Positions 24,140 to 36,225 of a DNA stretch of 64,000 bases are shown in pieces. Position 1 is the stretch's first letter, and every line of letters begins with the position of its first letter. This DNA comes from Chiloscyllium plagiosum (lineage: Eukaryota), in the NCBI RefSeq assembly GCF_004010195.1, contig NC_057718.1:91059353-91123352 (forward strand). Direction: 5' to 3'. A program made the translations under genes and the position numbers. The notes under the pieces were generated by a model that saw nothing but the letters and a program-made list of their open reading frames with translations, did not search any database and was not told where the DNA came from.

Positions 24140-24960
24140 TAAAGTCATAGAGATGTACAGCTCAGAAATAGAACCCTCAGTTCAGCTTGTCCATGCCGAG
24201 CAGATATTGTAACTTCATCTAGTCCCATTTGCCAGAACTTGGCCCATATCACTCTAAACCCTTCCTTTTTATATACCCATCCAAATGCCTTTCAAATGTT
24301 GTATTGTACCAGTATCCACCACTTCCTCTGATAGATCATTCCATACATGCACCATCCTCTGGGTGAAAATGTTGTCCCTTAGGTCTCTTTTATATCTTTA
24401 TCCTCTCACTCTAAACCTATGCCCTCTAGTTCTGGACTCCCCAACCCCAGGGGGTGGCATGGTGGCTCAGTGGTTAGCACTGCTGCTTCGCAGCACCAGG
24501 GACCCAGGTTCGATTCCAGCCTTGGGTGACTGTGCAAACTCCACACAGACATTCTCCCTGTGTCTGCGTGGGGTTCCTCTAGGTGCTCCGGTTTCCTCCC
24601 ACAGTCCAAAGATGTGCAGTTCAGGTGAATTGGCCATGCTAAATTGCCCATTGTGTTAGGTGCATTAGTAGGGAGCAGCGGAATGGGTCTGGGTGGGTTA
24701 CTCTTCGGAAGGACAGTGTGGACTTGTTGGGCCGAAGGGCCTGTTTCCGCAATGTAGCACATCTAATCTCATCTAAAACCATCTCTATTTATCCTATCCA
24801 TGCCCCTCAAGATGTTATCAACCTCTATAAAGTCAGCCCTCTGCTTCTGATGCTCCAGGGAAAACAGCCCCAGCCTGTCCAGCCTCTCCCTACAGCTCAA
24901 ACCTTCCAACCCTGGCAACATCGTTGTAAATCTTTTCTGAACCCTTTCAAGTTTCACAGT
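24140..24960 (-). mobile_element. CR1 3' fragment interrupted by an HE1 SINE
   Basis: Antisense LERVQKRFT.MLPGL...LGLFSLE and CR1 tail CATAGAGATGTACAGC. Confidence 0.85.
24451..24776 (+). mobile_element. Full-length HE1-type SINE
   Basis: GGTGGCTCAGTGGTTAGC A-box, GGTTCGATTCC B-box, core and TCTAATCT tail. Confidence 0.88.
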
Positions 24961-25065
24961 TAAAAGGTTTTTTTAGTATCACACCTCTATTCTCATTTCA
25001 TGTTCATTTGGTTCTCATTTGAAAGCTTTGTGTAAGTAACCTCTAAAACTATAAAGGAACGTTCA

Positions 25066-25289
25066 GAATCGAACCCAGGTCCCTGGTGCTGTGAGGCAGC
25101 AGCGCTAACCACTGAGCCACCATGCCGCCCCCTGCGGCTGGGGAGTCCAGAACAAGAAGGCATAGATTTAGGGTGAGAGGGGAAAGATATAAAAGGGATG
25201 TAAGGGACAACTTTTTCGCCCAGAGGATGGTGCATGTATAGAATGACCTATCAGAGGAAGTGGTGGATGCTGGTACAATTACAACATTT
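25066..25289 (-). repeat. Inverted local duplicate of the CR1/HE1 junction at 24294-24516
   Basis: Reverse complement reproduces the same CR1-SINE breakpoint and shared variants. Confidence 0.8.
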
Positions 25290-26785
25290 TTCTTTGAGTG
25301 CGGTTATGCAGAGTTTTTTTTTAGTCCTTAGGATGTGAATGAAAGGGCGCTTTTGTGTTTAAACCAAAGATCAGTCACCATTGTGGGGAAAGTAGTCAAT
25401 ATTCATATAATTTGTCATCAGTCAGGATTAGTTCAAGTGAAATAAGTGTTTTTATAGGATTTCATTTTTGAAAAACAAAAATCAGCCATGAATAGATGGT
25501 CAGTCAACCCTTGAAGTACCAACATCTTATGCAATGAGCTATCTGAACAGGAAGTTATTCAGTCAAAAGTGTAAATAACACTTTGTTTCGATAAATTGCC
25601 AAACTGAGCCAAGTCCTTCCAGTGCAGACACACTGATAATGTTAATGGAACAGTGTGATGGATGGTCAACACAGAGTGGTCTGCAGTTACTGGACATAAA
25701 TTCAGATCTCAGCTCGTGAGTTGTTTCAAATATATTGCAGGCAAGTGCCAAAGGCAAACCACCTCTCTATCTGCATAGAGGGAGGAAAGATTGAAAGAAG
25801 AATTGTTTGCAAGAATTATGCATTTAAGTTGCTCCTTATGACAAATCATCGTAGCCTTAATGAATGCCTCAGTCAAAGGTAGAAATTAAAGTTTAAAGGC
25901 CGAGCGGAAGGAAAATTGTCAACATCTATGACTTGGCTCATATTGCTTATCGAGCAGTAATCTGCATTCTTTATGTTTGGAGAAAGGCAGACGTTGACTG
26001 TAGTTTGTTTTATTTTGTTCAACTGCTAAAATCTCCCATTTTAAGGCTTTGTTTTATACGCCCACCTCTTGGCTCTTGACTCTACTCTGCTTTAATAACT
26101 TTGAATAAGCCACAAGGATTTGGACGAAACTAAATGGCTGACTGAGCAAGTTTGTCATATGCTGGACAGATTTAGCCATCTTTCGAACAGGAAACTAAGC
26201 AGTCTGATCAGAACGGTAATTTATTTCGCATTTGGGTATCAAATTGCAGGATGGCGCCGTTTAAGATGCTAAGGTAACTTTGAAAGATCCCAGAGTTCCA
26301 TGGGGGAAGAAAAGAATCAGGAGTCTGAAAAGAAAACAGAAAAAGCTGACCCATGAGTTAAACCACTTTAATGTTTCAAGGAGCAACTCATAAACACAAC
26401 TGAGCTAAAGCTGGCTGAACTAATTCTGATGAAAGGTCCACGCCTAAAACATTTGCTCTTAACTTTTCTAGCCTTTTAAAATTTATTGTTAATTAACGTA
26501 CTTAGCATAATGATGTTTGGACTTGGCCGTGCACTTTCAGCACCTTCTGTTGTCATTGCAGAATCGAGAGAGAATATGGATAAAGTTAAACAAAGAGTCA
26601 GCAAAAGTGGAAATGAATTCCAAACTGCAGTTTTCACTTTCTAAAAATAACCAGGGAAAGATGATCTTCAGCCAAGTGATGATGTCATTTGGTTTTGGCT
26701 CTTCTGATGTTTTGCAGAAACTTAAAAAACTGAATTACTCAATAATCTTCGAGAACTGCCAGAACTAGCAAGTAAATAAAGCTAG

Positions 26786-26866
26786 AGCCGAGAGTGTGGT
26801 GCTGGAAAAGCACAGCACCACGCTCTCGACTCTAATCTCCAGCATCTGCAATCCTCACTTTCGCCT
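26786..26866 (+). mobile_element. 81-bp fold-back Penelope-derived insertion with a perfect 15-bp TSD
   Basis: AGTAAATAAAGCTAG occurs at 26771-26785 and 26867-26881. Internal inverted arms GAGAGTGTGGTGCTG and CAGCACCACGCTCTC. Family tail CTCCAGCATCTGCA.TCCTCACTTT. Confidence 0.8.
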
Positions 26867-27639
26867 AGTAAATAAAGCTAGTTAACCTTTAAGCTGCTGC
26901 GCAACTTTACTGCTCTGCTAAGTCTTGGGTTAGGGAGCCATAATTCTGACATCAGCTAGTCAGGGTAGATTTGTTTGTCGTCCACTGAAGATTCATAGAA
27001 GGGTCTTAATGCAAAGTTTCATTTGCCTTAGTTAGAACTGTTTTAGTTACTAGGGAGAAAGATGAATCTTGATCACTGCCAACATGAGACTCAGATGAAT
27101 GTAAGAACATTTCCTCACCTTCCTGTCAGTCAGTCTCTGAGTCCATGGCACTGTGGGCCTGAGCAGTTATCCAGGCTGCATGTTTCCAAAACTGCTGTTA
27201 TCTCGGTCTCTGGAAGAAGCAGTTTGCTTGAAATATCTTTTTGTAGAATTTTTTGGGGGGGCAGCTGACAATATTGATTCTCTGATTGATGCTGATCCAT
27301 AACACAGCTTTCAAATTTAATCCAGTTTTTAATTTTACCTTGCTATTACAAAGCATTCGCCCTGGATTTATTTGTTGTCTCAGTGGCCCTTCCCTATGCC
27401 TAGGAGGTGGGTATGATGGTTTGATGGCTCATCTTCTGAGCTGTCCTGGGATGTGGCACTAAATTGGTTTTCACTGTACCCACTTCTGTGATGTGTGTGT
27501 CTGTACCTGTATATGTAACTTTTCCTACCATAGAAATTGTTTTTGAGGCAGCTTTGTAGTTGAAGAAAATCAGTGGCAAATCAAATGTTGATAAACATTC
27601 ACTGCAGTGATATGATTTACATTGTAAAAATTGTAACTT

Positions 27640-28335
27640 ATCCTAATCTCTATTGCCTGTATCCTAAATCTCACCAAGTGTCATTCTCCCACAAGCACTG
27701 TACTTAGCCTACTATGGTTCCTAAATACTTTCATTTTAAAATTCCTATTCTTGTATTTAAATCCTACTTATGGCCTCATCCTCTTTATCGCTGTGACTGC
27801 TTCTTGCTGTACAATTGTAGTGGTTGTAATGAGGTCAGACAGATAGACCTCATAGATTGAATTCCCTGATTGGGGCTGTTAGCTGGTCCAATCTGGGAGC
27901 TCCGGCTGACAGATATAAACAGGAGCATCAGAGGTCCTGTTCACTCTGGGAGCCGGCTCTGAGCTAGCTGGGTCAGTGTCATGTACTACACATATTTAAA
28001 CAAAGGGTTACTTGGTGAAGGGATGCTGACATCTGTGAAGTTATTTCAACAGTCCTGTGGGTAGTCTGTGTTTCTTCAGCACTGGCTTGTTGCCCATCCC
28101 TCACATCCGTCTTCTCTCCGTGTTGTGACTGCACCTTTAGCAGTCTAGGCCCCAAGTTCCAGATTCCCTCTTAAACTTTTTCACTTACTCTTCTCCTTTA
28201 GGACAGCTCTTTAGAACCCATCGGTGCTGACTTCTCCCTTCTGGCCTCTGTCGGTTTTAGTCTGACTCTTCCCTGAAGCACTTTGGTTGCAGTTACTTTA
28301 CATTATAAGTGCTATAAAAGTGCAAGTTGTTGTTG
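27640..28335 (+). mobile_element. L2-type LINE 3' fragment, split by a solo LTR
   Basis: FKI.ILVFKS...GL.P-like RT C-terminal remnant and tail AAGTGCTATA...GCAAGTTGTTGTTG. Confidence 0.6.
27816..28048 (+). mobile_element. Solo LTR (233 bp), probably Gypsy-type
   Basis: TG...CA termini, 5-bp flanks ACAAT and ACAGT, internal CCAAT and TATAAA, and a poly(A)-signal-like TAAACAAA. Confidence 0.65.
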
Positions 28336-28854
28336 CATGCATGGCACTCAGTTCCAAACAGCACCGGCTCCTTTTTAAAAGTTATTTGTCACCGCAGAGT
28401 AGGAAAACTTCCGAATTGAAGTTTTTATAGATTGATTTAGTCGAGTTAAATACGTTTGTGTCTGTGTTGTGAAGAACGTGTGATGACTTTTCAAGCTATT
28501 CATTTTCAGTCTAAGCTACATAGTCTATCAATAATTTGATAAAGCAGTCACAATCGTTTAGTTTAAACTGCTGGTGTTTATTAATAATTCTATATCATGG
28601 TTCACACACGTGGCATTCCAGTCATGACTCTGCAACATTATTTCAATAAAGCTGAAATGTCAGCTCTCTGTATGGCAACAAAATTGGCACTGTTCAGAGT
28701 TGCTTTGAGTTAGTAAGCTGCGCTGCCACAGATAGCAAAGTGTCTGAGGATAGCAAAGGTGGAAACTGTTCAGTCTTTTCCTTTGGGCAGCTAGTATGGC
28801 ATCTAGGTCTCACTGCTGTCTCTCAGTGCTGTAAGGATGCAGGCTCAGTAGAGT

Positions 28855-29100
28855 AATCCAGCACAGAAACAGATCCTTCGGCCCAACTCATCCGTGCTGA
28901 CCAGATTTCCTGAACTGAATTAATTCCACTTGCCTTTGCTTGGCCCATATCCCTTTAAACCTTTCTTGTTCAAATGTCCTTGAAATGTTGTAATTGTATT
29001 TGCCTCTACCACTTCCTCGGGCAGCTTGTTCCATTCATCCATTCATGTGCTACTCTCTGCGTGGAAAGGATACCCCTCAGGCCCCTTTTAAATCTTTCAG
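28855..29100 (-). mobile_element. CR1 3'-end fragment
   Basis: Antisense CR1 tail motifs CAGCACAGAAACAG..CCTTCGGCCCAAC and CCACCACTTCCTC. Confidence 0.75.
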
Positions 29101-29248
29101 ACTCTCCGTTTGGTAGCTGTCATTTAGCTCAGTGACTAACCAACTCAGATTCTCCAAGGCCATCCTGTAACTGTGCCTTTCTGGATGCGTTTGCCCTGGA
29201 TTTGTTTCTTGTCTCAGTGGCCCTTCTGTGGGCCCAGGAGGTGGGTGT

Positions 29249-30083
29249 AGAACATAGAACAGTACAGCACAGAACAGGCCCTTCAGCCCACGATGTTATG
29301 CCGACCATTGATCCTCATGTGAGGTAAACCTCCTGCGAACCCTCTCCAAAGCATCCACATCTTTCCTATAGTAGGGCGACGTAAGGTAAACCTAATGTAT
29401 GAACCCTCAAATTTCTGTGATCATATGCATGTCCAGCAGTCTCTTAAATATCCCCAATGACCTCGTTTCCACAACTGCTGCCAGCAACATATTCCATGCT
29501 CTCCCAACTCTCTGCGTAAAGAACCCGCCTCTGACATCCCCTCTATACTTTCTAAGGGATCTATGTACCTGCACACCAAGATCCCGCTGTTCCTCCACTT
29601 TGCCAAGAATCCTGTCTTTAATCCTGTACTCAACTTTCAAGTTCAACCTTCCAAAATGCATCTCTTCGCATTTATCCAGGTTGGACTCCATCTGCTACCT
29701 CTCAGCCCATCTCTGCATCCTGTCAATGTCACACTGCAGCCTACAACAGTTCTCTATACTGTCAACGACACCTCCAACCTTTGTGCCGTCTGCAAACTTG
29801 CTGATCCATCCTTCAATCCCCTCATCCAAGTCATTAATAAAAATTACAAAGAGTAGAGGCCCAAGAACAGAAACTGTGCAACACCACTCAGCACTGACTT
29901 CCAGGCAGAATACTTTCCTTCCATTATCACTCGCTGTCTTCTGTCAACCAGCCAATTCTGTATCCAGATAGCTAAATTTCCCTGTATCCCGTTCCTCCTG
30001 ACCTTCTGAACGAGCCTACCATGGGGAACCTTATCAAATGCCTTGCTGAAGTCCATATACACCACATCCAACGCTCGACCCTC
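29249..30083 (-). mobile_element. Internally deleted CR1 fragment
   Basis: Antisense YMDFSKAFDKVPHGRL, KFADGTK, KCEEMHFGR and an AGAACATAGAAC tail. Several internal jumps relative to the full CR1. Confidence 0.85.
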
Positions 30084-30171
30084 ATGGTTCAATGGCTCAT
30101 CTCCTGAGCTGTCCTGGGATGTGGCAGGGTGGGGATGGGGGTGAGACTGAGATGAGCTGTGCTGTCCAACT

Positions 30172-30357
30172 AGGAGAAAGTGAGGACTGCAGATGCTGGA
30201 GATCAGAGTTGAGAGTGTGTTGCTGGAAAAGCACAGCAGGTCAGGCAGCATCCGAGGAGCAGGAGAATCAATGCCCTTCATCAGGATGAAACGTCGATTC
30301 TCCTGCTCCTTGGATGCTGCCTGACCTGCTGTGCTTTTCCAGCAACACACACTCGAC
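30172..30357 (-). mobile_element. Fold-back Penelope-derived mini-insertion
   Basis: About 58-bp near-perfect inverted arms around a broken hammerhead-like centre. Same family as 2322 and 39379. Confidence 0.75.
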
Positions 30358-30794
30358 TATACTGCTCAACTGCCCACCACCAACACATGCCCTGACCACC
30401 ACCTCACCTCTCAACAAATGGGGTTCAGAGAAAACAGAGGCCAGGGTCTCGCAATAAATATTGACCTCGCCCGTGATGTCCACATTTCTTGCATGAATAA
30501 AAGTGATGCTACATCTTCTCAGCCTGCTGTCTTCCTCTGCAACAAATGAAGTCTTTGTGGCCTAGGGAAAAGAAAGGTAAAATCACTATAATCCTATGAG
30601 ACTCTGAGGACTATCATTAGAGAGAGAGGACTGGTGATAGTTTAAATTGAGTGTTGCCATGCCTCAGCCAAGAATCCTTCATGATAGTAATCACTGTTGT
30701 AAATAACAAGCAATCTAAACACTGGGAATTCCAAACAGCAGTAGGAAAATGACCAGACCATCTAATTTAAGTAGTGTTTGAGGGATAAGCATTG

Positions 30795-31130
30795 GCCTGG
30801 TGGCTCAGTGGTTAACACTGCTGCCTCACAGCACCAAGGGTCAGGGTTTGCTTCCACCCTTGGGCAACTGTCTGTGTGGAGTTTACACATTCTCCCTGTG
30901 TCTGCATGGGTTTCCTCCCTGTGTCTGCAGTCCAAAGGCATGCAGATTAGGTGGATTGACCATGCTACATTGTGTCCCCTAGTGTCCAGGGGTGTGCAGG
31001 CTAGGTGGGTTAGCCATGGGAAATGCAGGGTTACAGGGATAGAATTGATTGGGTTGGATGCTGTTCAGAGGGGCTGTGTGGACTCAGTGGGCCGAATGAC
31101 CTGCTTCCACACTGCAGTGATTCCATGATT
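30795..31130 (+). mobile_element. Older HE1-type SINE
   Basis: GGTGGCTCAGTGGTTAACACTGCTGCCTCACAGC head, core and degenerate tail. Confidence 0.75.
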
Positions 31131-31719
31131 CAGTGAAACCAGGAGGTCAGCAGTAGCATAGGATCTTTTACAGGTAACTGAGGAGGCAGGTCATTTAACA
31201 TCTGATCTTAAAGTCACTATCTCTGATAGCTCAGAGCTCCTTCAGTACTTACTGAACTGTCAGTCTGGATATTGGACTTGAACTGACCTTGTGACTCAGA
31301 ACCACCGAGTTGACTGTGATACTGAACTGAGGTCCCCATTTAGAATCACTTCATATCCACTAGCTAAGGCTTTAATAATGTTTATGTGTTCATGTTATAA
31401 AATTTCAAACTCTGACAATATTCTGCACACACGTCCTGGTTGTTAATGAAAGGGAAGTATTCGTGTCCTCACACCATGTTATCAAAGGAGAAAAGTTTTC
31501 CTAAAAGTTTGCAGAGTAGAAAGTTTACAATCAATAGCAGTTGCTTTTTCTCTTCATAATATTGTTTTTGTTTTTAAACGTGGACAGATGTATGACATGC
31601 GTTAACGTGATTCCTTTGCTGTGAAACATTTTGTGGTCTATTATTTCCCAACCCAAACTTGAACTTCATTTGATTTTGAAACTTTTTTTTTAAACCTTTC
31701 CTTTCATTATCTTTTCCAG

Positions 31720-32025
31720 ATGTTGTTTTGGAGAAAGCAATGCACAAATGCATTCTGAAGCCCCTGAAGTCTTACATTTACGCAACTTTGAAACAATTCC
31801 ATGTCTCCGACGGCTCCTGGAAGCAGCTGAAAGAGAATCTGCTCTCTGTTAAACAAAAAGTGCCTCAGGAACTAGGAGTGGATGCCTCTGTCCCCGATAC
31901 TGTCACCTTGGATAAAATAAGGCACAAGTTTCATAATATGCACAAGGCGTACTCTCCTGAGAAGAAGGTGTGTCTATTGCTAAGGGTCTGCAAAGTTATC
32001 TACAGTGTTATGGAAAACAACTCAG
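31720..32025 (+). CDS. RIN2: RIN2 coding exon (helical bundle and start of VPS9; DVVLEKAMHKCILKPLK...YSPEKKV.LLLRVCK.IY.VMENNS)
   Basis: Long pyrimidine tract plus cag, gtacag donor, 306 nt, in frame. Confidence 0.96.
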
Positions 32026-32179
32026 GTACAGTATTATTTTACTAAGCTGTGCATTAAAACATCAGTTAATGTATGCCTTTAACATGCTAGGCCAAGGTCA
32101 ATTAAGGACAAGTGGCATAGAATTGTGAAAGACAGGTAATGCCTAACCAAATGAATAAGCTTGACTCTGCAATAAAGGG

Positions 32180-32480
32180 AAAATATTGCAGATTCTGAGG
32201 AAGGGTCATTGAACCCAATATGTTAATTCTGATTCCTCTCCACAGTTGCTGCCAGACCTGTCTGTGGTTTCCAGCATCCACAGTTCTTTCGGCATTTACT
32301 CGAGATACTGCAAGGGACGCTGGGAAGCTTGATGAAAACTCAGAGAATGCTCTAGAAACTCAGCAGGTCTGTCAGCATCTGCGGAGAGAGAAACAGCATT
32401 AACCTTTCGAGTCCCAGTATGATGCTTTATCAGGACTTCTTTAGAGTTCTGAAGGAAATTATATTGCATGTTGACATTCC
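32180..32480. mobile_element. Cluster of decayed Penelope-like termini in both orientations
   Basis: CTGAGGAAGGGTCATTGAACCC... followed by CTCCACAG.TGCTGCCAGACCTG, and an opposite-orientation copy AAACTCAGCAGGTCTG.CAGCATCTG.GGAGAGAGAAACAG. Confidence 0.6.
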
Positions 32481-34586
32481 AAGGGTGGTGTCCAAGTAAA
32501 TTGTCGCAAGGGAGGCACAGGACTTTGTTATAGGAGTGCAACACCAGGTCGCACAAAAATAGGGAATGTCACTTACTATTCAAAGAGCTGCAGGCAATTT
32601 TGGACATTTTGATGCCAGATAGAAGTTGACAGGGACAGCAATGATATAATACCATTTGGGAAGAGAGAATGAGAAGGGGGCATGTTGGTCAAATGCTAAG
32701 TAAATCAAAGAGTAAAGAGACCTTCAAGTTGAGGTAGACAAATATGAGAAGGGCAGTATAATGAAGTTCTTACAAATTCAGGGTCAGCTTTGTATTTCCG
32801 GGGGGTGACAGCATTACTAGTCCATCTTATTGGGTCTGATTTAGGGATGTGTCCTAATAATGGGACATCGCGCTTCTCTCAATTTCCCTCGCGTGCACAG
32901 CTCCAATGTTTTCTTTAGTGAGGTGAATGGAGAATTGTTTTATTTCCCAAACCGTAAGTGAGCTGAGTGACACAAAGCAAAGCACGCGTTTATTAGTGGT
33001 TCTTGCTTCCCTCAGAAAATTTGAAGGAGAATTAACAAACTGTATGCTGGCTGTTGGGCCTGGGGTTAGAGCATTGATCATTATTATAGCAGCAGTCAGA
33101 CTTTCCTATGTTTCCAGTGGCAACGAAACAAAAGCAGAATATCATGAATGATGGAAATATGAAGTGATCATGAAAAAACACGCTGGAAACACTTAGCAGA
33201 CCTGGCAGCAGCTGTGCAGAGGGAGACTGAATCAAAGTTTCAGGTTTCACGTTGAAATGGCCTTTCATCAGAGGCCACCATGACCTAAAACATTGGGTCA
33301 CCTGTACAGGAGATAATAGGAGCTAACCAGGCACTTAACTGGGCAGCAGCATGCCTTCTCTCAGATCAGGGGTTTATGTAAGGACAGGGTTTGGATCTCA
33401 GTGCGCACCTTCTTCCTGAGGGCCTTGGACCAAGGGGCCCACCTCCTGGATGCAGTGGACGCTTAAAGGCTTCCACTGGCAGACCGGGCAGCAAGGCCAT
33501 TCATATTCCCTACCATGGACTTAATCAGAACAATGGCGGGAAGGCCCTTCCACTGGTAAAGTGGTGGAGACGTTAAATTGCACCTGCTAATGCTCTTTCT
33601 CTATACAGTGCTCCCTGACCTGTTGAGTGTTTCCAGCACATCTTTTTTGTCAAATCCTCATACGATTGCTATCTGTCAATGTCATTGCAAATCTCCTCAA
33701 GTTTATGGTCATAAGACAGAAGAGCAGAATTAGGCCATTCAGCCCATCGAGTCTGCTCTGCCATTCAATCATGGCTGATGTTTCTCAAAAGGGTCATCCT
33801 TTCACTATGTCCTCACGTTCTAGTCTCTCCTACTAGTGAAACCATCTGTTCCATGACCATTCTATCCAAGCCTCTCAGTATTCTGTCAGTTTCAATCAGG
33901 TCCCTTGTTCATCCTTCTAAAGTCCATTGAGTACAAACCCAGAGTTTAAACTAAATATAATGGTTAAATATAACACAATCCCATGATAGATCCTAATCCA
34001 AAGCATGAAAAGAGAAGTCAGGGAGCACTTATTTTCTGTGTGGCAGGTTGTTAAGGTTTGAGAAGCTGCTAGAGTAAGGTTTCATAAATGGTTCTATCAA
34101 GCAATTGGACAAATACCTGTAATATATAAAATGGGATGGAATAGTTCTCTCAGTAAGAAACCACCTCCTATATCAATAAATTATTGGTGTTGATATAATT
34201 AAGTTCTAGCAATCAAATTGTATAGTTCCATGTAAAATTCTATCCCTGGTTTTCCTGGCGTGGAGGACATGGAGATTTGAGTAAAGGCTGTTAGCACCAA
34301 ATGTAAACTATTATAGTTGGGGTATTCCATTTGCACAATCAAACCTGAAGTCAGTGGGAATTGGGGGAGGGGGGAAATCTCCACTGGATCAGGTCCTACC
34401 TAGCACATGACTGTGGTGTTGGAGGTCAGACATCTCAGCCCCAGGGCATTGCTGCAGGAATTCCTCAGCATTGTTTCCCAAGCCTAACTGCTTCTTCAGC
34501 TACCTCACCATGACCTTGAGTTCCTTCACAAGGTCTGAAGTGGGGACATTTGCTGATATTTGCACAGGAGTCAATTACAGTCAGGT

Positions 34587-34810
34587 AAAATCAAAATACC
34601 GCAGATGCTGGAGATCTGAAATAAAGACCAAGCAGTGGAGAGAATTTGTGGAGGGAGAAACAGTGTTAGCATAGAGTTCCAGTGATTCATCTTCGGAACC
34701 CATCGATGAAGAGGAAGAAGAAGTCATATTAGATTTCACAGTAACTCTGTTTCTCTCTCCACAGATGCTGCCAAGCCTGCTGGGTTTCTCTAGCATTTTG
34801 TTTTTAATCA
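34587..34810. mobile_element. Head-to-head decayed Penelope-like termini
   Basis: GCAGATGCTGGAGATCTGAAATAAA...GGAGAAACAG and the inverted CTGTTTCTCTCTCCACAGATGCTGCC. Confidence 0.6.
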
Positions 34811-35106
34811 CTGTTGCTCATAAAAGGAGAGAATTCATTTTTACATCAAACAAGGAACTGTTACTAAGGCTTGACCAACTTAACCAGCTGTCCCTTTTTG
34901 TGAAGAAGCATTTCCCAGTTTGAAGCAATACTCTGGTGTGCCACTGACACACCTTTGAGCACCCCCGATGTGATTGAGGTGACAAACAGAAACATATTCC
35001 CATAACAAGCGGAAATCATGATTTCATCCTGAAAGTACAGTGCATGCTATCACAAGAAGTAGATGAAAATCTTGGCTCTAATGAATCTATTGAATTGTAC
35101 CCACAG

Positions 35107-35238
35107 GAAGGTTATATGGGGCTGATGACTTCCTGCCTATGCTGACCTATATAGTAGCCCAGTGTGACATGCCAGAGTTGGAGATTGAGATTGAATACAT
35201 GATGGAATTGTTGGACCCATCACTACTGCATGGAGAAG
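35107..35238 (+). CDS. RIN2: RIN2 coding exon (VPS9 core; GRLYGADDFLPMLTYIVAQCDMPELEIEIEYMMELLDPSLLHGE)
   Basis: cag acceptor, gtacaa donor, 132 nt. Carries the VPS9 GADDFLP motif. Confidence 0.96.
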
Positions 35239-35679
35239 GTACAAAGCAGCGTTATTATTCATGTTTTTGGAACACTGCTAACTGAATGGTTCACAATGAC
35301 TCATTCATTTGACTCTACCTCTTTCAATGAAGTGGCAGCAAATCCTGTACAAAGGTTTATTTTGATGGTGACTGGTTGAATTATTCCACTCCCCGGGTCA
35401 CACAGTGGATTGGCACAACTACACTGTGCCAGGAGTAGGACAGAGTTTGCTTCCGCAGTTACCTGAATGACCCATTCTGGTGCTGTTGGAATGAGCTGTT
35501 CTGCTTTCTCGAGGGAATGGGGGAATTGAAGCAGGTCAGCTTTTTTGTTTAATCATTTATTAAAAGTGGATGCCATCGTTACAGGTTTCCTCCTGTCTTC
35601 ATTTTTAAACTGTGCAGAGCAGGGGTGGCCATGACAGGGGGGTCATCAGGAATGGAAAGTGTAGAGAAGGAAGTTTATT

Positions 35680-36225
35680 AGACTCATAGAGATGTACAGC
35701 ACGCAAACAGACCCTTCGGTCCAACTTGTGCATGCCGACCCGATATCCTAAACAAATCTAGTCCTATTTGCCAGCACTTGGCCCATTTTCCCTCTAAACC
35801 TTTCCTATTCATGTACTCATAAAGATGCCTTTTAAATGTTGTAATTGTACCAGCCTCCACCACTTCCTCTGGCAGTTTATTCCATACATTCACCACCCTC
35901 TGTGTGAAAAAGTTGCCCTTTAGGTTCTTTGTAAAACTTTTCTCCTCTCCCCCTAAACCTATGTCCTCAAGTTCTGGACTCCCCCACCCAGGGGAAAAAA
36001 AAACAAGTCTACAAAAAAAAAATCATGCTCCTCATGATTTTATAAATCTCTATAAGGTCACCCCTCAGCCTTTGATGTTCCAGGGAAAACAGCCCCAACC
36101 TATTCAGCCTCTCCCCAAAGCTCAAGCCCTCCAACCCTGGCAACATCCTTGTCAATGTTTTCTGAACCCTTTCAAGTTTCGCAACATCTTTCCGATAGGA
36201 AGGAGACCAGAATTGGACACAATTA
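35680..36225 (-). mobile_element. CR1 3' fragment
   Basis: Antisense CVQFWSPSYRKDVAKLERVQK..RMLPGL and VWNKLPEEVVEAG. Confidence 0.88.

Noticed and set aside
24451..24530. tRNA genes at the HE1 SINE heads (also near 1, 30795, 48641 and 62158)
   Set aside because: The A and B boxes run directly into the SINE core and LINE-derived tail, with no complete cloverleaf or terminator.
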